Source: an uncultured delta proteobacterium
GTDB taxonomy: Bacteria; Myxococcota; Myxococcia; Myxococcales; Anaeromyxobacteraceae
DNA length: 64,000 nucleotides
Assembly: GCA_963845515.1 (NCBI GenBank)
Contig: CAWJSR010000029.1
Location: forward strand, 288,001-352,000
Reading direction: 5' to 3'
A model generated the notes under the pieces. It made no database searches, was not told where the DNA came from, and saw only the letters and a program-made list of their open reading frames with translations. Both the position numbers and the translations under genes were made by a program. This document shows positions 55,390 to 64,000 of this stretch, one piece after another. Numbering within the stretch: position 1 is the first letter of the stretch; each line of letters opens with the position of its first letter.

Positions 55390-55960
55390 ACTTGTACTCG
55401 CCGAGCTCCGCCTGGCCGGCGGTGTACAGGACCTCCATGAGCGTCCGGTAGGGGATCCGCCTGTCCGCCACGACGTTGACGCGCCCGGTGAAGGGCGCGG
55501 CCTTGTTGAACTGGGCGATGTACTTCTGCTTGTCGACTTCCTTCTTGAGCGCGTCGTAGACCGCCGCGATGTAGAAGCTGTCGGCCTTGCCGCCATCCTT
55601 CACTGCCGCCGGGACGATCCCGTCCCGGATCTCGACGACGCGGCGCTCGCCGACCAGGATCTCCTTCATCGAGATCGTGAGGCCGACGTTGTCCTGCGGG
55701 ACGAGCTGAGTGTTCGACACCGGGACGGTCAGGTCGGCCGTCATGGTCACGTTGACCGTGGACGCCTGGTAGGACTTGAGGAGGAACACCAGGATGATGG
55801 TCATCATGTCCATCATCGCGGTGATGTTCAGCTCGGAGACCTCGCCCTCGGCGGCGCGGGCCTTGCGCTTCGCCCGTCGGTAGGCCCGGCTCGCCTTCTC
55901 CCTGGCGAGCTCCTCGGGGGTGGGGGCGGCGTCCTGGTCAGGACCGGAGGTCATGGGCAC
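55367..55960 (-). CDS. ExbD/TolR family protein (AglS-like)
   Basis: LNITAMMDMMTIILVFLLKS, ADRRIPY. Confidence 0.88.
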   Translation of the reverse strand: MPMTSGPDQDAAPTPEELAREKASRAYRRAKRKARAAEGEVSELNITAMMDMMTIILVFLLKSYQASTVNVTMTADLTVPVSNTQLVPQDNVGLTISMKEILVGERRVVEIRDGIVPAAVKDGGKADSFYIAAVYDALKKEVDKQKYIAQFNKAAPFTGRVNVVADRRIPYRTLMEVLYTAGQAELGEYKFMVMKSE

Positions 55961-56494
55961 TCACCCCACCAACGAGAGGGAGACGTCGAAGAAGAGCGGC
56001 TTGCGCTCACTGGTACCGTCCGGGAGCTTCGAGACGTACTCCCGGCACGCGTCCATCGTCTGGATCAGCGTCTCGTAGATCACGTCGGCGTCGGCCGAGA
56101 GGATGACCTGGGTCTCGGCCGGGAACTGGGCCTTGATCACCTTCATCTGCTCGGTGAGGGCGGCGAAGTCGTACCTGCCGTCCCTGAGCGGGATGGTGGG
56201 CGGCCGCGTGGTGTCCGCGGTGGACTGGTCTGCGCCGAGCACGCCGCCGGCGCCGGCGACGTAGAACCCCTGCTTGCCCACCGCGACCGTCAGCAGCAGC
56301 CGCGGCTTCTCCTCGGCGAGCCCACCGCCCGCGCTCTCCCCCGAGATCTTCGGGGCGGACACGTTCAGCACGCCGAGGCTGATGAGCCCCGCCATGCTGA
56401 GGAGGATGAACATGACGAGGTTCACCACGATGTCGAGGTACGGGACGATGTTCAGCTCGCCCGTGTGCTCGTGAACGTGGACTCGGCGCTTCAT
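55961..56494 (-). CDS. ExbD/TolR family protein (AglQ-like)
   Basis: ELNIVPYLDIVVNLVMF, Y..LIQTMD. Confidence 0.88.
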   Translation of the reverse strand: MKRRVHVHEHTGELNIVPYLDIVVNLVMFILLSMAGLISLGVLNVSAPKISGESAGGGLAEEKPRLLLTVAVGKQGFYVAGAGGVLGADQSTADTTRPPTIPLRDGRYDFAALTEQMKVIKAQFPAETQVILSADADVIYETLIQTMDACREYVSKLPDGTSERKPLFFDVSLSLVG

Positions 56495-56542
56495 GGAGCG
56501 TCTCCAGCCGCGCCGCGCGTACGGGGCGGCGGCACGAGGTGA

Positions 56543-57190
56543 CTACTCAGCGGCCGTCTCGCCCGAGGCGCGCCGCGCGAGCAGGTTCTCGAGCTTCAGC
56601 GCGTTGTACTCGACCTCTTCGACCATCGTCTTGGACTTCGAGCTGAGCGCGAGGTGGAAGATGATGCAGATCACCGCGATGGTGAGACCGAGCGCGGTGT
56701 TGTTCATGGCTTCGGAGATGCCGTTCGAGAGCATCACCTGCTTCATCTCGGGGCTGGCTGCGCCGAGTGAGGCGAAGGTCTGGATCAGCCCCCAGATGGT
56801 GCCGACGAGGCCGACGAGGGTCGCGATGTTGGCGAGCGACCAGAGCGAGGCGATCCGCTTCGAGATGGCCGGGGTCACCTCGAGCACCGCCTCCTCGAGG
56901 GCGCGGGCCACTTCCTGCTCGCCCTTCTCCGCGCGGGTCAGGCCGGCGCGGACGACGCGGGAGAGGGCCGCGTTGGGCGCGGCGCCGCAGAGCTTCACGG
57001 CCTTGTCGACGTTGCCGGAGATGACGAGCTTCTGGATCTGGTCCATGAACGGGCCGGCGTTCAGGTTGAGCTTGAACGCGAGGACCATGAACCGCTCGAT
57101 GACGATCGCCATCGCGACGGCTGAGACGACCAGGTTCACGAACATGACCGGGCCGCCCTGCTGGAAGAACTCGGCCATCTTGTGGATCAT
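56543..57190 (-). CDS. MotA/TolQ/ExbB proton channel protein (AglR-like)
   Basis: ANIATLVGLVGTIWGLI, GISEAMNNTALGL. Confidence 0.9.
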   Translation of the reverse strand: MIHKMAEFFQQGGPVMFVNLVVSAVAMAIVIERFMVLAFKLNLNAGPFMDQIQKLVISGNVDKAVKLCGAAPNAALSRVVRAGLTRAEKGEQEVARALEEAVLEVTPAISKRIASLWSLANIATLVGLVGTIWGLIQTFASLGAASPEMKQVMLSNGISEAMNNTALGLTIAVICIIFHLALSSKSKTMVEEVEYNALKLENLLARRASGETAAE

Positions 57191-57312
57191 CTGGAGCCTC
57201 TCGACGCTGGCAGTGGGTGAGCCGCGTACCTTGTGCGCGTTAGTTCAGCGAATAGACAGCAGAATTCCCTACCAACAGGTCCAAGTGGGTGTCAAGCACG
57301 CGTTCCCGCGCC

Positions 57313-59814
<2,502 letters not shown>

Positions 59815-59823
59815 GAATCCCTT

Positions 59824-60741
59824 CTAGGAACGCCGCAGAAAGTACCGGCCCGGCCGCTGCTCGCACAAGCCCTCGAGCTCCAGCGACAGCAGCGCGGCCA
59901 TCGCGGGGCCCGGGCCGAGCCCCGCTGCCCTCGCCAGCTCGTCCGCGTGACGCGGCTCGCTCCGCATCGCCGCGAAGAGTCGCCCCGCGTCGCCCGCCGG
60001 CAGCTCGGCCACGGGCAGCTCGAGCTGCGCGGCCCCCGCCCCCGCGCCGATACCGAGCGCCTGTAGCACGTCTTCCGCCCCTTCGGCGACCCGCGCACCC
60101 TCGCGCAGGAGGCCGTTGGGGCCGGCGGAGAGCCGCTCGCGGACGTCACCGGGGACCGCGAAGACCGCGACCCCGAGCCGGCGCGCGAGCGCCGCCGTGA
60201 TGAGCGCACCGCTCCGGAGGCCGGCCCTCACCACCACGACCGCCTCGGAGAGCGCGGCGACGATCCTGTTGCGACGCGGGAAGGTCCAGGCGGCGGGCGG
60301 CGCTCCGTCGGGGAGCTCGGAGAGCAGCGCGCCGCCCGCCGCGACGATCTCCTCGAAGAGCCCGGCGTGCTCGCGGGGATAGGGCACGTCGATGCCGGCC
60401 CCGAAGACCGCGATGGTGTGCCCCCCGGCCTCCAGCGCCGCGCGGTGGGCGACCCCGTCGATCCCAGCGGCGCCGCCCGACACGACGGTGACGCCGCTCC
60501 GGGCGAGCCCCAGCGAGATCTCGCGAGCGAGCTCGGCGCCGTAGGCGTCGGCCAGCCGGGTCCCGACGACGGCGACGCGGCGCCGGTCTCCGAGGTCGCC
60601 GCGCACGCGGAGTTGCTGTGGCCTGTCCGCCAGGCGCGCGAGCGCTGCAGGATACTGGCCGTCTAGCGGACCGAGCGTACGCGCCGCGTCCATTGAGCGG
60701 GGCGATATACCCGCGGGATCAGGGGGCGTCAAGCGAGCCAT
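59824..60741 (-). CDS. dprA: DNA-processing protein DprA
   Basis: VAVVGTR, VSGGAAGIDG.AH, FPRRNRIVAALS, SGALITA, C-terminal winged helix. Confidence 0.92.
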   Translation of the reverse strand: MARLTPPDPAGISPRSMDAARTLGPLDGQYPAALARLADRPQQLRVRGDLGDRRRVAVVGTRLADAYGAELAREISLGLARSGVTVVSGGAAGIDGVAHRAALEAGGHTIAVFGAGIDVPYPREHAGLFEEIVAAGGALLSELPDGAPPAAWTFPRRNRIVAALSEAVVVVRAGLRSGALITAALARRLGVAVFAVPGDVRERLSAGPNGLLREGARVAEGAEDVLQALGIGAGAGAAQLELPVAELPAGDAGRLFAAMRSEPRHADELARAAGLGPGPAMAALLSLELEGLCEQRPGRYFLRRS

Positions 60742-60791
60742 CCCAATGGCCCATGCACGCTGCGTGCAAGGCCGGCCGCGCCGGAGCGCCG

Positions 60792-60827
60792 AAAAGCGAA
60801 GCCGCGGCAGGGGGATCCCGCCGCGGC
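60792..60827 (-). terminator. Putative intrinsic terminator after LysM gene
   Basis: GCCGCGGC...GCCGCGGC stem followed on the minus strand by TTCGCTTTT. Confidence 0.4.
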
Positions 60828-60859
60828 CGCGCCTGCCAGGAGCCCGTCCCGGGAGCCCG

Positions 60860-62104
60860 CTAGTCGCCGCCGGAGCCGGCCGCGTCAGGGCTCATCTCGA
60901 TCCGATCGCCGACGTAGAGCTCGACCAGGCTCCGGGTCACGAGCGCGGTGGAGCCGTGGTCCTTCACGTCGATGACGAGCAGGTCGCCGATGACCTCCTT
61001 GGGGAGATTGTCGTCCCACTCCGCGCTCGCCATCGGGCCGCCGTAGGGATCGCCCGAGCGGACGACCTTGAAGACGTTCCCCTCCACGACACCGTCGTTC
61101 TTCCCCTTGTCGAGGAAGACGACGTGGTGCTCGCCGAGCTGCGTGAGGATCTCCTGCTGCGCGCCGATGATGGCCCCCGTCAGCGTGGCGGTGTTGGGGC
61201 GGCGCGCGACCTGCTTCACGAACCGCTCCGTCCAGGGGCCGAGGAGCGCGCCGCGCTCGATCGGCTCGAAGGTCTGCGTGATGGTGAGCTTCACCGCCTT
61301 GTCGGAGACCTCGGTCACACGCCCCGCGCCGACCACCACCGTCTGGTAGCCGAAGGTCTCGTGCGTGAGCGGGTGGACGATCTTCCGCTCGGTCCGGTAG
61401 ATCACGTAGGCCTCGCCCTTCTTCACGGTGACCGACCGCTTGAAGCGGGCGTACGTCTGATCGGTCGTGGAGAGCATGAGCTTCTCCTCGAACGCCCCCA
61501 CCAGCTCACCCGACTCCTCGAGCTCGCGCCGCGTGATGAAGGTCTCGTGGCGTGCGGTGGTGGACCGCGGCGGGACGTAGCCGATCTTGTACGGACCGCT
61601 GACCGCGACGGCGTCGTCGTCCAGCAGCTCGCTCGGCCCGGTCAGCTCCCCCTTCGAGAAGTCCTCGAGCTCCCTGGGCCCCTCCGCCACCGGCGCCTCC
61701 TCCTCGACCGGCTCGACTCGCGCTGGGGCCTCCTCCGCCGACGGATAGAACCGGAGCAGCTGGCCGGGGTCGATCCAGTGCGGGTTGGTGATGTCCGGGT
61801 TGAAGGACCAGACCTTCGGCCAGTACCAGGGGTTGTTGAGGAAGCGCCCGGACAGGTCCCAGAGCGTGTCGCCGGGGCGCACGGTGTAGGTGTCGGGTGG
61901 CGGGACGGCCCCCTGTCCGGCGGCAGCGGCCGGGGCGGTCCCCTCGGGCGGAGGGAAGACCAGCGAGTCGCCTTCACCCGCTCCCTCCTCCCCAGCCCCC
62001 TCCTCGGCGGCGTCCGCGGGCTCGCCAGCACCCTGCGCCAGCGCCCGCTCGCCGAGCGAGAGCTGCGCGAGGGCGACGAGGGCGAGGATCTGGGTGCGGG
62101 TCAT
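60860..62104 (-). CDS. LysM peptidoglycan-binding domain protein
   Basis: Signal peptide; YTVRPGDTLWDLSGRFLNNPWYWPKVW..NP.I.NPHWI.PG. Confidence 0.9.
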   Translation of the reverse strand: MTRTQILALVALAQLSLGERALAQGAGEPADAAEEGAGEEGAGEGDSLVFPPPEGTAPAAAAGQGAVPPPDTYTVRPGDTLWDLSGRFLNNPWYWPKVWSFNPDITNPHWIDPGQLLRFYPSAEEAPARVEPVEEEAPVAEGPRELEDFSKGELTGPSELLDDDAVAVSGPYKIGYVPPRSTTARHETFITRRELEESGELVGAFEEKLMLSTTDQTYARFKRSVTVKKGEAYVIYRTERKIVHPLTHETFGYQTVVVGAGRVTEVSDKAVKLTITQTFEPIERGALLGPWTERFVKQVARRPNTATLTGAIIGAQQEILTQLGEHHVVFLDKGKNDGVVEGNVFKVVRSGDPYGGPMASAEWDDNLPKEVIGDLLVIDVKDHGSTALVTRSLVELYVGDRIEMSPDAAGSGGD

Positions 62105-62835
62105 GGACGGCTCCTTTCACAGCGTGCAACGATCTGCTGCGCGGCGGAGACGGCGTCTCCAGCCGGGTAATCTTCCGGGACGCGGCGCGCGAGCGCGCAG
62201 CTCGCTTCGACGCGGCCGGCATCAGCGTAGTCGCGGGCGCCTTCGACCAGGGCGTTGTCGGCCGACGGGTGGCGCGGGTAGCGCGACACGAAGGACTCGA
62301 GCGCGTGCGCTCGGTCGACGCCGTTCCTGCGGCGAGCCTCGGCCAGCTCCACCTCCGCCTCCGCGGCGAGCTCGCGGCCGGTCGGGCGCTCGAGCTCGTC
62401 GAGCCGATCGGGATCCGGCTCGGCGACCTCCACTGCGGTCGAGAGCGGCGGCGGAACGCGGGCGGTGCGGACCGGCGGCGCTCGAAGGACCACGGGCTCC
62501 GGCGGCGCTCGGAGGACCAGGGGCTCCGGCGGCTCGACGCGGACGACGGCGAGGTTCGCAGGCACCAGCGGGCGGACCGGAGAGGGGGTGTGCTCGGCGG
62601 CGGCCGGTGCTGGCGTCGGCGCGGGCTGCTGGCGGGGGAGCCGCTCGGCCGCAGCGTCCAGCGTCTTCCACATGGAGTCGAGCCGGCGGGCCATGGCGTC
62701 GTTCTGGGCCTTCAGGGCTGTCACCTCGCCACGGAGCCCGTCGACCTCGCGGCGCAGCGAAGCGCTCCCTCCCGCGCACGCGGCAAGAGCGATGGCCGCG
62801 CAGGGCGCGGCGAACCGTGCGAAACGGCTCAACAC
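62101..62835 (-). CDS. CpoB/YbgF-like TPR lipoprotein
   Basis: LAAC lipobox, coiled coil, F..RYP.HP.ADNA and YP.GDA TPR pattern. Confidence 0.72.
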   Translation of the reverse strand: MLSRFARFAAPCAAIALAACAGGSASLRREVDGLRGEVTALKAQNDAMARRLDSMWKTLDAAAERLPRQQPAPTPAPAAAEHTPSPVRPLVPANLAVVRVEPPEPLVLRAPPEPVVLRAPPVRTARVPPPLSTAVEVAEPDPDRLDELERPTGRELAAEAEVELAEARRRNGVDRAHALESFVSRYPRHPSADNALVEGARDYADAGRVEASCALARRVPEDYPAGDAVSAAQQIVARCERSRP

Positions 62836-62866
62836 TCGGAAAATTCTAGGTGAAGAGGGGCACCCG

Positions 62867-63667
62867 TCAAGGAACGACCCCTCCCGCGATATCGGGACTC
62901 TGCGCTGGACCCGGGGCGATCCAGGCTACCTGCCGGCCGGTGGCCCCCGCATCGCGCCTGTGGGAGAAGAAGAGCCGATGCTCGCAGGCGGTGCAGCGAG
63001 CGAGCCGGTCGATCCGATCCGGCAGCAGCCCGGCGGCGCCGAGGGCGCGCGCGTTGGCCTCCCAGAGGTCGAGCCTGGGCGCAGGATGGCTGCGATCGAC
63101 GACCCCCGGGCCGAAGGCCTCCTCGAAGCGGGCCGCGAGATCGGGCGAGACCTCGTAGCAGCATGGCCCGATCGACGGCCCGATCGCGGCGAGGAGCTCG
63201 CTCGGACGGGAGCCTCGCGCCGAAAGCTCCTCGACCGCGGCGGCAGCGGCGCGCGCGACTGTGCCGCGCCAGCCGGCGTGTACCGCCGCGACGGCGCCAG
63301 AGGCGGGATCTGCGATGAGCACGGGCACGCAGTCGGCCACGGCGACGCAGGCCGCCACCCCGGAGGTCCGGCTGACCACCGCGTCAGCCTCGTCGCAGGG
63401 GGCGCAGGGCGCCGCGGCGGTGACCACCCTCGCGCCGTGGACCTGCCGGACGCGGGCGAACGATAGCCCGGTGGCCGCTTCGAGCAGGCGCCAGTTCTCA
63501 GCGACGCGGGCCGGCTCGTCTCCGACCGCGCCACCCAGGTTGAGGCTGTCCCACGGCGCAGGCGAGACGCCTCCACGCCGCGTGCTGAAGCCGTGCGGGA
63601 AGCGTCGCAGCAGCCGGCTCGACACCAGCTCCACCGCCGGCGTCCGGGTTGCGCCGTCGACCCTCAC
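62867..63667 (-). CDS. pgeF: Peptidoglycan editing factor PgeF (YfiH / multicopper-oxidase-like)
   Basis: HGFSTRRGGVS, SLNL, QVHG, ADCVP, HAGWRG, GPSIGPCCYEV, FSHRR. Confidence 0.92.
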   Translation of the reverse strand: MRVDGATRTPAVELVSSRLLRRFPHGFSTRRGGVSPAPWDSLNLGGAVGDEPARVAENWRLLEAATGLSFARVRQVHGARVVTAAAPCAPCDEADAVVSRTSGVAACVAVADCVPVLIADPASGAVAAVHAGWRGTVARAAAAAVEELSARGSRPSELLAAIGPSIGPCCYEVSPDLAARFEEAFGPGVVDRSHPAPRLDLWEANARALGAAGLLPDRIDRLARCTACEHRLFFSHRRDAGATGRQVAWIAPGPAQSPDIAGGVVP

Positions 63668-64000
63668 GCGCCCCGGCCCTCGCCAGGAGCGGCTGGCTCG
63701 CCGGGGGGTTCGACGCCGCCAGGAGCGGCGGGCTCGCTGCCGGGTTCGCCACCGGCCGGAGCGGCTGGCTCGCCGGGGTCGCCATCGTTCTTGGCGCTGT
63801 CGTCGCCCGCGGGCGGAGCGGCCCCGGCCCGGGCCTCGTCCCGCTCGCGCAGGGCCAGCTCGAGGTGGCCGGCAAGCTCGTCAGCCCTCGCCGCGCGGTC
63901 GCGCGCGACCTGCGCATCGCTCTCGCTCACCATGTAGTCGTGGCGCGCCGCGGTGAGCTCCCCCTGCAGCCGCTCGTTCTCGCGCCTGGCGGCGGCGAGC
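63664..64000 (-). CDS. C-terminal part of a coiled-coil protein with Pro/Gly-rich tail (starts outside window)
   Basis: Open frame to window edge; GTGA overlap with pgeF start. Confidence 0.6.
   Translation of the reverse strand, partial: LAAARRENERLQGELTAARHDYMVSESDAQVARDRAARADELAGHLELALRERDEARAGAAPPAGDDSAKNDGDPGEPAAPAGGEPGSEPAAPGGVEPPGEPAAPGEGRGA
63686..63780. repeat. Imperfect 36-bp coding tandem repeat (about 3 units)
   Basis: GGAGCGGC.GGCTCGC starts at 63686, 63722 and 63758; encodes EPAAP-containing 12-aa units. Confidence 0.75.

Noticed and set aside
62474..62533. 27-bp tandem repeat
   Set aside because: In-frame duplication encoding a PPEP(L/V)VLRA linker; ordinary low-complexity coding repeat
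63686..63780. CRISPR-like array with 36-bp periodicity
   Set aside because: Units are contiguous, imperfect and in frame with a Pro/Gly-rich protein tail; no unique spacers or cas genes

Overview
High-GC window from an Anaeromyxobacter-like myxobacterium (Myxococcota), inferred from gene content and synteny. 1-10.4 kb: a sigma-54 activator with a degenerate receiver domain lies between two divergent HyfB-led operons; the complete one encodes an Ehr-type complex whose large subunit lacks the Ni-binding Cys motifs. Both operons have sigma-54 -24/-12 promoters and share a palindromic upstream site. 10.5-21 kb: three tRNAs and housekeeping or envelope genes (metF, greB, engB, coaE, a tetraheme cytochrome c, a MaoC pair). 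21-45 kb: a mostly minus-strand, frameshift-rich accessory block. In transcription order it holds a GEMM-I-like riboswitch with A at the G20-equivalent position (candidate 3',3'-cGAMP sensor), a lipoprotein, a roughly 3600-aa lipoprotein/ZU5/SpvB/RHS toxin with a DUF4926-like immunity gene, a cassette-like zone with two ~170-190 bp structured direct repeats around a RAYT-type transposase, a PpiC foldase, a giant S8 protease and a Cys-rich lipoprotein. 45-64 kb: conserved core genes (Hsp70/J-protein, argFD, xerC, aglU-like, trmFO, TolQ/TolR/TolR, topA, dprA, LysM, pgeF). Many frameshifts are probably long-read indel errors. All calls were made by eye without database searches.
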